Origin: Octopus sinensis
Lineage: Eukaryota
Length of the DNA: 64,000 nt
Reading direction: 5' to 3'
Assembly: GCF_006345805.1 (NCBI RefSeq)
Contig: NC_042998.1
Location: 73,594,001 to 73,658,000 of the forward strand
Under the pieces are notes generated by a model, which saw nothing but the letters and a program-made list of their open reading frames with translations, made no database searches and had not been told where the DNA came from. This document shows, in pieces, positions 26,671 to 39,392 of this stretch (the first letter of the stretch is position 1; each line of letters starts with the position of its first letter). Both the position numbers and the translations under genes were made by a program.

Positions 26671-28901
26671 TCACTGGTTCCAGCCAGATAGAGAGAGATT
26701 TGCTAAACGTAAATGCAATAATGTATTCAGTTTCAGGGAATATGATTCGTTAATAAGAGATATTCAAATAATAACACAAGTGACTACTCATAAAAATGGA
26801 TGAAGAAATCAAATCCGTGGAACTGCATGTTTATTTTATATATTTCTGTAATCTACTGAATATTAACTACCATAATGCTGGATCAATCGATATATACTTG
26901 GGAAGGAACCAATTTAGTACGAAAATTGATTTATAATAAGAAAGTCTACGATAGTTTCCCAAAATTAGATACAAAAAATGTTCAAGGAGACCAAATTTGT
27001 TGGAAATTGTTGACATCAATTACGTTTTGTTATCGGAATGAAAAACTAAGCATAACAAAGACATCAGATAGACTCTATAGTCTTGAGTTCAGTTTATCTA
27101 AATACGTGAAATCAGTGTTCTCGGCGACTTTAAATTTTCCGTACAAGTAAACGATCGTTATATAATCTTTACTTTAAGCTTTGATGTTTGAATATGTAGA
27201 CAAACTAAAATATCTAAACTGAAAAGATAGCGTAAACCATTGCAAGTATCTGAAGCACGTGAGATAAAGTCAGAAATAAAACACATGTGACATAGCAATG
27301 GGAAACAAATAAGTAGAAAAGAGATCATAATTCAAGAAAAATCGTTAATTAAATCTACTTTCACGATCAAAGACAAATCGATACCAAACATTTAATTGAA
27401 ATTCAAACACAGATCCAGTTTTATTCACTGGGAAATGAATGAAATTTTAAAGTTGGCTATCGAGATTTCCACATTCTTTACAACAGACTGTATAATAGAA
27501 ACATTCAATAGCATTGTATACAGAAAACAATGGGTGAGAGCTGTTGTACAATTTGAAGTCAGTTATAAAAGTTTTAAGGAAGGAAGAGATTTTGCCAGAA
27601 GTTCTCATAAACGAGGACGGGGTACGAGTCACTGTTAAGAATAATTTATCAACCTTTTGTCTGCGAGCAGTGTTATTGTCTCTACTCAGCCAGTCAGCTA
27701 AAGCTCTCGAAGTGAGAGAAATTACTGTGATGAAACCAACCAAATCAGGTGGAAGTGATTTATGAGAGGAGATATCAACACAGATGTGAAATAAAATGTT
27801 CCATGATATTTAACATACACAATTCATGACATCAGTTACCGGCTATTGAAAAAAAAAACACCATTCACTTGATATCTTATCTTCCTTGAGATCAGGTGTG
27901 AATGAATTTTTGGAAATCATAATAAACAAAAATTAGTTGTAAGAAGTAAAATCGTTGATGAATGTGTAGCCTCTATACGCATTGAAAGTTTAGTATACTT
28001 TAAGAGAGAGTATGCAGACAGTTATGAAGAGAGTAAATAGTTATTAAAAGACATCAAAATAATGACCACAAAAATTCTTATTGATCTGAAGCTAAATTAC
28101 ACATAAGGATGACACTGCTGTGAGACTCTTAATTACATCATATTGTCGTTAAATGTTATAAACCAAAACAAGTCTTTGATGTATCATGTACGTTGCATGA
28201 AAATATTTCGATAAAACGAAAAGATGTCCTGAAGACTGGTGGTATTGGCAGTAATGTTAGATACGGACAATCTTCCGTACGTTAATGACTTTCTTGTATG
28301 TATGTATGTATGTATGTATGTATGTATGTATGTATGTATGTATGTATGTATGTATGTATGTATGTATGTTTATATGTTTGCATGTATCAGAACATTATGT
28401 GTATGATTTGATGTATCTTGTTTTATGGTGCTGGCAAGGTTTTTTGGTTTACAGTTCACTACCAGTGGCTAATTCATATGGTAAATTAGGAATCAACCAC
28501 GTACATGTCACCTCTATCAGCACACAATCTTTTCCTTACTCACATTTGCTAAACATCCCCGAGGCCACACATGTACATGGGTGCTTTGCACAACCACACT
28601 AACGTGACCGGGTATCTCAGAACAGCAGTGGGTTCTAAAATATGTTCATAGATATTTCTCTCTGTGAGCCTAGGTAAACAAAAAGCTGAGATAATAAAAC
28701 CTGAGAGAAAAGGAACCTCTTTCTCAATAGACGGATTTTTTCCCGTTAACTCCTTGTATCTTGGAGAAACTACGGTTTGTCGTGACTGACCTTTACTACG
28801 AATCTATCCACTTCATTGGGAAAGTAACTGGCGCCAAAGAAACAGGTATGCAGGTATGTTCTCCTATGTGGGTGGTATATTATATATAAATATTATATAT
28901 A

Positions 28902-29185
28902 TCACCGTGATCACCGTGACCGATCAGGCTATCAGATGTTGTTACACATCGCTGGTCACAATGTGTTCGCATTGTTTTAGCCTTCGAATGACGCCACTCC
29001 GCTGGCTAAGCGAGCAGGCCAACAGAAGAAAGAGTGAGAGAAAGAGTGGTGAAAGAGTACAGCTGGAGCCTCGTGGAGCTTTTATGTGTTTTCGCTCAAT
29101 AAACTCACACAACGCCGGTCTGGAAATCGAAACCGCAATCCTACGACCGCGAGTCCGCTGCCCTAACCACTGGGCCATTGCGCCT
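28902..29185 (-). mobile_element. tRNA-derived SINE (family 3)
   Basis: Minus-strand head GGCGCAATGGCCCAGTGGTTAGGGCAGCGG...GGTTTCGATTTCC has A- and B-boxes; flanked by TA repeats. Confidence 0.7.
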
Positions 29186-29221
29186 TCACATTATATATAC
29201 ATATATATATATATATTATAT

Positions 29222-29254
<33 letters not shown>

Positions 29255-29276
29255 CATATATATATATATCATATCA

Positions 29277-29277
29277 T

Positions 29278-29338
<61 letters not shown>

Positions 29339-29351
29339 AGATAGATAGATA
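29277..29351. repeat. (GATA)n tract at the 3' junction of LINE copy 1
   Basis: Read directly from the sequence. Confidence 0.95.
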
Positions 29352-29682
29352 AGTTTCTTTATTGGCCACACAGGGCTGCACACAGATGGGACAAAAAAAA
29401 TTGAATAAATAAAAAGAATAAAAAGAAAAAAAAAGAAAAGGAAAAGGAACAAAAGGAAAGAGAAATGAAAAAAGAAGAAAAAAGGGGAAGAAGAAAAAAA
29501 AGAACGATCAATAGGGATCGTGTATCACAGTGTTATGATATATGGTGTAAAGGGGAAAGCAAGTAAGGTTTATCCGTGGGAAGAAAAACCTACGAAAAAG
29601 ACCACGGTAACCTTGGTCAATATTGTTATATGTTACCACATTTGTTTGCAAGTGAGTAATCCTCTGTTTTCAATTTCTGGGT

Positions 29683-32600
29683 TCATAGGATTATGCTCAA
29701 GGTGACTTCGTCATTCATACGTGCCATCCTTGCTACATTCACCCATCTTTTTTTAAAACATTCGCTAGACAAAACTTGCCTCTCTACTCTCACTTTCCTT
29801 TTCAAGTGGTACTTGAAGAAGTTGATGAGAGATTGACCAGAGAGGAAAGTGTTTGTCTCCAATCCTTCCAGACGCGTCCACCAGATACATTCTTTCGCCA
29901 TAGCCACAAGGATGATGAAAATAGCTCTTCCTTCCCGTTTGAAGGAAGGAGGCGTGACAATATTGACGATAGACTCAGCTGATAAACCGACTCGTCCCAC
30001 ACGTGACAGCAGTTGTTCGACATAAGCCCACAGGTCGGAAATTGTTGGACACTGCACGAGTGCGTGCAGAACGGTTTCGTCGCTCTGACCGCATCTCGGG
30101 CAGGTCGGCCCCGTGTTTCTCGAGCGTGTCTGTAGAGCTTATCCCGAACGGGTAGCGCTTCTCGGTAGCACTGCCAGGCCAGGGATCTCTGGAAGTTGTC
30201 CATGGGCCCTGGCCCGAAAGTCGTCCTGAACAGGCGGGTCAGGTACTCCTCGTCGACGTCCAGGTTCGCCCCGAGCGCGTCGTCGTACCTCCCCTCCACT
30301 AATCCCCTATAGAATGCTTAGGTTGTGTTGAAGTCACTCAAGGTCGACACGAGACGGCAGAGTTGCTTGAGAGTAACGCGACACTCGCGGTGCCAATCGC
30401 CCTTCCTCGGCCTCTTTTTGATCCACGACTGCAGTTCGGTCATGGAGACGAGCTGCGGGAAAGCGTGCCTCACAAACGGCGACCACACCTGTTCACCGTC
30501 GTCTACATAGAGCCAGAGATGTCGCAGTCTCAGCGCGTGTCTGCGCATCATCAACTACGGCATGCCCAGCCCTCCTTTTAGCGGGTGTTGACAGCAAATG
30601 GATCGCCTGACCATCGGGACGCATCCTTTCCACAAGAAGCGAAAGAGAATGCGTTGTAGTTTGGTGATGGTAGGGTCGGGACAAGGTACGACGGTCAGGC
30701 GGTAGTAGATGACGGACGCGATGTACGTGTTCGCCACCTCCGCCCGACCTTTTAGGGACAGTTTCCTCTCGGCCCATTGCCGGGCGAGAGTGACCACCCT
30801 ACTCGTTATCTCGTTCCAGTTCTTCTCCACTTGGAGGTCCGGACCAAACCAGACCCCGAGCAACTCAACCGGGACGTCGGTCCAGCGTCCCACGACGGAG
30901 GCGCTGGTGGACGGCATGGGCTTGCTTCTCCAGGTGCCTAGTCGCAAGCCCACTGACTTTTCCCGGTTGATTTTCGCTCCTGTCACCGCTTCGTAGTTTT
31001 TCAGTGTCTCGCCGACCTGCTCGATGTGCACATGGCTAGACACTATGACGGTGACGTCGTCCGCGTATGCAGACACGCTCGTCCCGCATCCCAGTTCTCG
31101 CGGGATGCCCCTCAAAGTTACCAGCTTCCGCAATAATGGCTCGAGAGTCAATACGTATAGAAGCGACGAGAGGGGGCATCCCTGACGGACCGAACGTGCG
31201 ATGTCGAAGGGTCTCGATAGATGTCATTCACGCGAATTACCGAACGGATGCCTCTGTACAAAGCGGCTATCCAGCCGCGGAGACGGGACCGAAGCCTGCC
31301 GCTCTGAGGACCGCCTCCAAGTATCGATGGTCCTACCCTATCGAAAGCTTTCGATTGATCCAAATTGATCAGCGCCCCACCCATGCCAGGTTCGTTAACT
31401 ACCCTGTCTATGATGTAACGCATCAGGTGGAGGTTGTCATGGATGGTCCGGCCCGGCACGGCGCTAGTTTGCTCCCTGTCGATCAGTTTCTCGATGACAA
31501 GCGCCAACCTCTTGGCTTGCACCTTGGCCAAAAGTTTCAAGTCTGCATTAAGCAGAATGATGGGCCTAAAGTTATCTATTACATTTCCCTTGTTTAGATC
31601 TTTCTTTCAGCTGTGTTACGGTTCCTCGGCTCACAAAACCAGGAATACTCCCACTCTTTGGCTGCCAGTTGCAGTACAACACGCCGCCAAGAGATCTCCA
31701 AACAAGTCTGGCATACAATTGTAAAGCTCGTAGGGTAGACCATCCAACCCGGTGATTTGTCCCTCGAGCATTCTGCCATCGCCTCCTGCACTTCCGCCGC
31801 TGTGATGGCACCTTCGCAGCTCCTGCCTTTCTTGTCGAGAGTCGTGGTAGGCTGTGTAGGTAGGCACTGATGTCCACCCTACGTTCTTGCCCTCCACTCG
31901 TCCCGAACAGTCGGGCAAAATGCTGCTGAAAGGCCTCACACATTTTACTTGGCTCGAGCAATTCGCGCCCCTGTTCATCTACCAGGGACCGAATGGTGGC
32001 TTTGTTGCCCTGTTGCGCCTCTGCCACCCGGGCCTCTCTCGCGGCTCGAACACCTTCGTTCCTTAGAGCACGCATCCTAGCTCTGACAGCACATCCTTCG
32101 TGTTTGGCGTTGAAGTGTTGGTCGAGGGCCAACCTCGCCGCCAAAACGTCGGATGCGATGCCGCTTCTAATTGCCTCTTCTAGCTTCTTAACTAGCTCAC
32201 CCTCAACTCTATTTCTATCTATGCTTTCTTTGCTGTACCTAATCGCTTCTGCTTTTAACTGCTCTCTTGAGGGCAAACCACCATTTGTTGTTGATGATGG
32301 CTCCCGTCAAAGCCCTCTTTACTAATGTGCTAATCCGGTCTCTGAAAACCTGTCTCGATGGGAAAGACGCGTTTAGTTTCCAGTATCCGGGACCCTGCCT
32401 AAGTGTCTTACCTTACCTAGTCTAGCGTACATGTCACAAGTTTGTGATCCGTGTAGCTGACTATGTGGAATTGTGGACATCCTATGCTATCTCTGTCTAC
32501 TGTCCTACACAGTATCCTATCTAGATACGATCTCGACGACCCGATGCGGTTGCTTCATGTCCACGTTGGCGCATTCGGGTGGTCTAGTCGGAACCTGTCA

Positions 32601-33122
32601 GACAGTTGAAAGCGTCTGAGCAGTCTCTGAGGCATTTGCATCCTCCGTCTATTCCTATCTCTACCCACGTAGTCTACATGCGTGTCCAAGGTAGCATTCC
32701 AATCCCCCACTAAGAGTAAAGGACGAGACGTTCCCAAGAATACTTCTAGACGTTGAAAGAAATCCGCCCGACCTGTTAAGGTCGGTGCGTAGACTGATAC
32801 AGTCGAAAAGCGCACCCATTGCTGCCGTCGACATCCAGGACGACCAGTCTACCCTCCGGGTTCTACGATATTGTCCTTACTTTGAGGTCCAGACTCTTGC
32901 GAAAAAGTACCGCGGTGCCACTACCGCCCATTCTCGGCAGACAGGGGGGAAAATAAATGTTGAACTGTCCGCCAAACATGGTCTTTAGGGCCCGCGGATT
33001 GTGGAGTCTGGTCTCACTTATGCTATAATTTCTAACTTATGTGACTTTATGTCATTTAAGAGGTACCCTTGTTTCCAAGGGGACCCCAAGCCACGCGCAT
33101 TTACACAACCAATCTTGATCAT
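29683..33122 (-). pseudogene. LINE ORF2: APE endonuclease, reverse transcriptase and C-terminal CCHC zinc finger; several frameshifts in this sequence
   Basis: ATG at 33122 begins MIKIGCVNARGLGS...SETRL; also GDWNA, SYLDRIL, TDHKLV, GPGYWKLN, LDQSKAFDRV, VRQGCP, AYADD, KGGLG and CPRCGQSDETVLHALVQC; stop at 29683. Confidence 0.9.
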
Positions 33123-33170
33123 AATCCTAATGAATTAGAATACAGTGAAAGGAACAGAGGGTTACTTACT

Positions 33171-35145
33171 TTACTGCTCGAACGTTTTTGCTTTCTCCTC
33201 CGTTGGTTTGTCCTCGAGGAGATCCCAGTACAGTTTCTTTGTGAGATATTTTTGGCATTTACCAACCGCACTGGGGAAAATGCCTTTGAGTGTGTGGTGC
33301 AGACTTTTGGAGATGTGTAATATTTTGATGTGGTCTGGTGGTGTTGTGTATGGGTGATTGTTTGTTTTTATGTCATCTTCTGTTATGTTTGTTTTTGATT
33401 GGATGTATTCCATCAAATTTGTGTTTTTGGTGTCTATAGCTGTGAGCATGTTTGCTGTATATATTTTTGTGGTGTTGGGTTTTGAAATGTCTTCGGGAGA
33501 TTTATTTCCCCCTGCTTTGTTCGTGTTTGCATTTGGTTTGGTTGTGTTTCTGCTCTTTATTTTCCTTCTTTTTGTAGCTATTTACCATTCCTCACTGGTT
33601 TCATCTTCCGACGAAATTTCTGAGGAATCAGTAGGGGGTAGGGGTATGTTGCAGGCTTCTATGTATGTCTGTGTAAGTAAGGTGGTTGTGTTGTTGTTTG
33701 TTGGTTGGTTGTTGAGTGTTTGTGTGTGTTGAGTGCGGTATAAGGGATGGGGGATCAGTTTTTGTGTGTTTTCTTTGTTTTTCTGTTCCTTTGGTTCTTG
33801 CTGTTGTTGGTGGTGTTGGTATTTTTTCAGGTGTTGAGTGGTTTTTGGTTGATGACGGATTAGCTTGGTGTGCTTCTCTTGTCGTCTTCTGTGTTGATGG
33901 TGGTGTGGGTAGTAGAGCTTTTTTTCCGGAGTGCTTTGGTTGTGGTAGTGGTTGTTGTTGTTGCTCTTGGTGTGCTGTGGTTGGGCACGTCTTTTTCAGG
34001 TGTGTTTCGCTTCCACACAAATAGCAGCGTGGTCGCCTGCCCTCTACCACTACATAGAGTTTGTAGCTTCCTGGCAGTTCTATAGTGGTGGGTATCTTCT
34101 CTCTTGTTGCTTCATCCAATTGAAGCAGGAATTCGATTGATTTGCCCACATAGTCTTTCTTTCCTACAACAGCGATTTCAAGGATGTTTGTCTCTGACAT
34201 TGTCTCTGTCATTTCAAAGCAGATGGCAGAGACTAACCATTGTGTTTCGACATCAAGCGGTATATTTTTTATTTGGACTTTTGTGACTCTCTTGTTTAAA
34301 TAGATTGGTATCATTACCAAGTCGTCCGAATGCAGCTCCAATGTGGAAAAACGTTTTGCTAAACTTTCGTTGAGGAAACGTACTTGGACTGTACCAAATT
34401 TATTTCCCCAACTGATATATTCCTTGGAGTCCCATACAGGACGAAGGCATTTTTCGATTTTTTCCTGCGGTGCATTTTCTGTTCTTCTTGTTTTCTTGTT
34501 TATTACTTTATAAATTATTGTTTTTTGTGTGTGTTTTCCACGATGTGTTGTGGAATGTGAAGGTGCAATTTGTCTCCTTCTTTGGTAAAGAGTGCTTTTG
34601 TGCGGTTTATTTCTTGTGTGGTGAATTTTACAATTGTTCTTTTTTGTTTTGTTACGTCCGCAAAATTCGTTTTGAATTTGGCAGTAGAAGTGTTAATTGT
34701 GGCAGTTGAAGTCGTGATAGTGGTGTTGGTGTTGGCGGTATTAGCAGCAGAAGGCTTAGATGTAGCATTTGAAGTCGTAGTAGTGGTGTTGGTGTTGGCG
34801 GTGTTGTCTTTGGTAGGCGGCTTTGTGCCAATTTCGTTGTTGTTGTTGGTGGTGGTGGTGATGGTGGTGGTGCTGGCATTCATGTTTTCGTCTGTATTCA
34901 TTTTTGAATCCCTTTCTCCGTCTTTTTATATCATCGACAAGTGGTGTAGGGAGTGGGGGAAAATATAAGTTAATGTCTTCGGTCGTGGCGATGGTGAATG
35001 GTGTTGCGACGTTAGTTTTGCTGTTGTTGGTGGTGGTGGTGACAGCGGTGTTCAAGCTGCGAGGTTTAACAGCTAGTGGTAGCAAAAGTGTTTCGCTACC
35101 GTTCTGCATGACTGGCGGGCTAGCCACGTGGTTTATAGTTGCCAT
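33171..35145 (-). pseudogene. LINE ORF1 (gag-like nucleic-acid-binding protein with zinc knuckle), split by frameshifts
   Basis: AAAATGG start at 35145; Thr/Asn-rich N-terminus; KRVTKVQIKNIP; CYLCGSETHLKKTC (CX2CX4HX4C); ORF pieces 34756-35151, 34515-34901, 33628-34341 and 33171-33449. Confidence 0.8.
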
Positions 35146-35365
35146 TTTCAAAATGAAAAATGGCTAAAAGGAGCCAACGAAAGTTTTGAAAGTTTTGGGT
35201 AATTTCTCCCATACAGGGGCGGAATTCTACGTGAATAATTCTCAGGTTTTTTAGTGAATGAACTTGCACAACGATTAAAACAAAATATTTGACAACAAGG
35301 AGTTTTAAACATGTAAAAGTGGCCAACTTACGTGGAGCCGATATGACTAGCGTCCGTCCATTGTG

Positions 35366-35440
<75 letters not shown>
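35366..35440. repeat. (GATA)n tract between LINE copies 1 and 2
   Basis: Read directly from the sequence. Confidence 0.95.
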
Positions 35441-35765
35441 TGTTTCTTTATTAGCCACACAGGGCTGCACACAGATAGAACAAATTACAAGGTAGAGCTT
35501 TTCTTTTGAAGGTTTAAAAAAAAAAAAAAAAAAAAAAGAAGGGGGAGTTTCGATCAAAAGGGATCGTAAAAGGAGAGAAAGAGGACAAAAAAAAAAAGGG
35601 GGGGGGTAAAAAAAAAATAAAAAAAAAGGGGGAGAGGAAAAAAAAATTGATCAATAGGGATCGTTATCACAGAAATGTCAATATGAAGTGTAAAGGGGAG
35701 GACAGGTGAGGTTTACCCGTGGAAAGAAAAGCCTACGGAAAAGACCACGGTAACCTCGGTCAATG

Positions 35766-35767
<2 letters not shown>
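35441..35767 (-). mobile_element. heavily 5'-truncated copy 2 of the Tx1-like LINE (3'UTR only, type B), with (GATA)n on both sides (second tract 35768-35823)
   Basis: Nearly identical to 59422-59735 apart from homopolymer lengths. Confidence 0.9.
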
Positions 35768-35823
<56 letters not shown>

Positions 35824-37369
35824 CTGATCAAGATTTGAACGATTTAATAAGAGACCTAGCATTGTAAAAGGAGAAGGCAGAGGTCTTGAGATCCAGAGTA
35901 CAGCAACAGTTATTTCTATTTTCCGTTCTCGCCATGAAGGCTTATCTGTCTTTTTCAAGCAAGAAAATAATGCTTGATTCTGTATTGACGTTAATGTACT
36001 TATGCAAAACCTAGAGCACGTGCATGTGGCTAACGACTGGAGATTGTTTATAGACTCGAGTAAGGTTAGCTTCAAAGCTGTGTTGTTACATAATGGTAAT
36101 GAAAAACTTCTCATTCCTACGGGTCGCGTTGTCAGTATGGAAGAAACCTATGAATCGATAGAAGTCTTTCTGTAATGAGTTAATTACTCAGTTTACAAGT
36201 GGAATATTTCTGCTGATTTAAAGGTGATTTCCACTCACCTAGGACTGCAGCTGGGATATACCAAAAATATGTGCTTCTTGTGTGTTTGGAACAGCCGCGA
36301 CGACAGCAATCATTACACTATAAACGACTGGTCTAAAAGAGATGAGCGCATAGTTGGTCCGTACAATGTGCAGCATATGCCACTGGTAGACCCGCAAAAA
36401 ATCTTCCTTCCACCCCTTCACATCAAACTCGGCCTCATGAAAAACTTCGTAAAAGCAATGACACACGATGGCGTTGGCTTTCGGTACCTAAAAGTAAACT
36501 TTGGTGCGAAGAAAAGTGACGCAAACTTGAAAGCATGTATTTTCATTGGACCCGAGATAGAAAATTCAGAGGAAAATTGAATCCAGTTGAGCTGCCAGCA
36601 TGAGATTCATTGGTGTTAGTAGTACAGAAATTTCTTAGAAATCATAGAGTTGAAAACTATACTGATTTAATAAACAGCGTAGATTTATCTTGGAGCCGTT
36701 AGTGATGAACATGGTGAGAGGTTGCACCAGGACATATCTGAAACGGAAACGAAGTATCAAATGAAAGTTTACGAAAATAAACAAAAGACGAAGCAGGTGG
36801 AGTACAAACAAATGTATTGGTATAGCGCTCAGGAATAGAAAAAGTCTTTTACGTTTCAAGCCTACGCTCTTCGACAGAAAGATACACAAAAAAAACAAGG
36901 AGAGAAACAAAGAGAGAAAAAACTGCGTGTAGTAGCTAACGATCTATCAAGGCCGGTTCAATCCACACATGCTTGGTGACTACTTCTGGTTCCTACAAAG
37001 GGAGACCAGAACGATGCATAAGCGCAGGAGCAAGTGTCTAAAACATTTCTGAGCTGAGTATATCAAAAATGAAGTGAGTATTCCCTTAACATAAATATAC
37101 TATGTACCATTATATTATAATACTATTTACCTTGAACATAGATATACTATATACAGCACTTATATACTATTATAAAAATTATTTATCTTGAACATAACTA
37201 CCCCTGATACTAATATAGTAATATTATATAATTATGCGCATGACTCAAAATCTTGACGTGCTATTGCAATTCTGACTTCAGATGCAGAATCAACGGACTC
37301 GATTTAGTTTAGTATAGCACTATTTGTCTAGGTAGCAGACAATAATATTTTTTTGTTTTCTCCCCAGTG
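35824..37369 (+). mobile_element. 5'-truncated Chapaev/CMC-type DNA transposon with decayed transposase
   Basis: DLNDLIRDL, DWRLFIDSSKVSFKAVLLHNGN, DLKVI..LGLQLGYTKNMCFLCVWNSRD, PPLHIKLGLMKNFVKAM and GAVSDEHGERLHQDI motifs; right end ...CCCCAGTG at 37369. Confidence 0.7.
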
Positions 37370-37809
37370 TTATCAAATTTCTGGAATATTTTACTTAGTT
37401 TTATTATTTTACTAACAGCTTGGAAAATGTAATTTTCTAAAAGCTGTCACCATTCCAGTTTTTTTTTTTTTTTTTAAACACATTTTGTCAAGATTAGTGA
37501 CGAGGTAGTTAAATATAGAACCCAGTGAACCAATGGTTGAAAGTTTTAATCTATAGTGAAAGGCTGGATGGAATATTTTCGGATTTCTCAAAAGTTCGGC
37601 TTAGATGGTTTCTTCCTCTTTTATGTTCAAGCATATGCACATACGTATATATGAATATATATTTATTTACGCATGCACATGTGTATGTATATATGCATGT
37701 ACCTATATGTATGTGTGTTTTTATGAATTCACTTATGAATGTGCGTGCAAAGTGTGTGTGCGTGTGCAATGAGTATGTGTGTGCGTGTGCAACGTAAAAT
37801 GATGTGTTT

Positions 37810-37905
37810 TACTCAAGAACACAACGTGTCGCCCGGTCCAGGAATCGAAACTGCAATGTTACGATCTTGAGTTCAACACCCTAACCACTAAGCTACGGAC
37901 CTCCA
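37810..37905 (-). mobile_element. tRNA-derived SINE head
   Basis: Minus strand reads GGAGGTCCGTAGCTTAGTGGTTAGGGTG...GTTTCGATTCCTGG. Confidence 0.6.
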
Positions 37906-38284
37906 CTATTAATGCATACGCGTATCTATGAACTTATGGTTATATGAGATGTGTGTGTGCCTTCGTATTCATATCGGTATGTGTATTTATGTGTGAGAGA
38001 TAGACACACATATAGATAAACAGAGTGTTATATATATATATATATATATATCTTTCGGTGGGGTATTTTTTCAATATAGAATTCAAGCTGGTCAGTAACG
38101 AAGTGACTATGTATGTATGTATGTATGTATGTATGTATGTATATATGTATGTATGTATGAATGCATGAATGTATGTGTGTTTGCATGAATATATGTATGC
38201 AAGGCATGCATGTATGCATGTATGCATGTATGCATGCATGTATGCATGTATGCATGTATGTATGTATGTATGTATGTATGTATG

Positions 38285-38320
<36 letters not shown>

Positions 38321-39392
38321 TGTATGTATGTATGAAATGAATGCTGTATTTTCAGAAACCAAATTACAACGTCAATCTATTGGATGACATGTTTGATGGA
38401 TGTGATTACAGGGTTATAACCATATCTTACCAGTTCCAGAATATTAGAATCTCAATCTAACAGCTCTTCAATATGGTCGATAGAGTCAGCGATATTTCGG
38501 AAATTGACTTGATTTTTACTGTAGAAATACTGGAGAAATATTAAAAAATAGTATTAAAAGAAAATGAAATAAACAAAGACAGACAAACGATATCTTTGAG
38601 TATTATTAATGGAATCTATGAGATTAGTATTTTAGTTTGTTTGTTTTGTTGTTGTTTTTTAGTGTCTGCATTTGTTTATTGTGTCTACTGGAGAAGATCT
38701 AAAATGAAAGAAAAAAAATATGAGAAATTATGTTATAGCATTATTAGGAAATGAAGGAAGTTCGCAGACAGATTGTGAAGAGAATGGCAAGCCGAAATAA
38801 GTAGAAGAATCCTCTCAATTGTGACAAAGGTGAGAAATCTGAATCAGAATGTGATATATCTATAATGAATGGAATAAAAGGACTTGGTGTTATTAAAAGT
38901 TGACTTAACTCTTAGCTGTTTGCATACAACAATAAGAGGAAGAACAAGCCGCATGTGAGAGTGTTATCATAAGTATTGTTTGCACAAGAATAAACTGAGA
39001 ATAATGCACAATATAGAAAGGGTGAGGATGGGGAAACAAAGATGGAGGAGAATGAAGAAGAAGGACAAAGTATATGAACAAAAAACATTCGTGGAAAAAA
39101 AATTCTGTGATAGAGCGGTTGATAGGTCTGCCTTGTTACAGCAGTGTCATTAGATTTTCGTTCAGTTTTTATTTCTGTGGTGGTGGGGTTATTTTTCTCA
39201 GCATTGATTGAAGAAAATAAGGGCTCTCTGCCCAATTGCGTTGTTAGAAAATGGATAAGAAACAAGAGAAAACAATTCAGTGGTGGGGACGGTTATGGGA
39301 CATTGTTAGTGGTGGGTGACAAATAGTTTGTGAAATTACCGTTCTCTTTTATGGAAACAACTCGTAGAAAAATAAATTATGAATATATCAAG

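Larger units (their letters stand above)
29352..35365 (-). mobile_element. full-length (~6.0 kb) Tx1/L1-group non-LTR retrotransposon inside a (GATA)n array (copy 1, 3'UTR type A)
   Basis: 5'UTR of ~220 nt, ORF1 with CCHC knuckle, ORF2 APE-RT-zinc finger, U-rich 3'UTR ending AATAAAGAAACT|(TATC)n; (GATA)n on both sides. Confidence 0.92.

Noticed and set aside
29110-29185. tRNA gene (also 37810-37905)
   Set aside because: A/B boxes are present but there is no complete cloverleaf, and the sequence continues into a SINE body.
29352-35767. possible LTR retrotransposon (similar sequence at both ends)
   Set aside because: The two ends are different 3'UTR subtypes separated by a GATA tract; there is no integrase, protease or PBS, and ORF2 is APE-RT.
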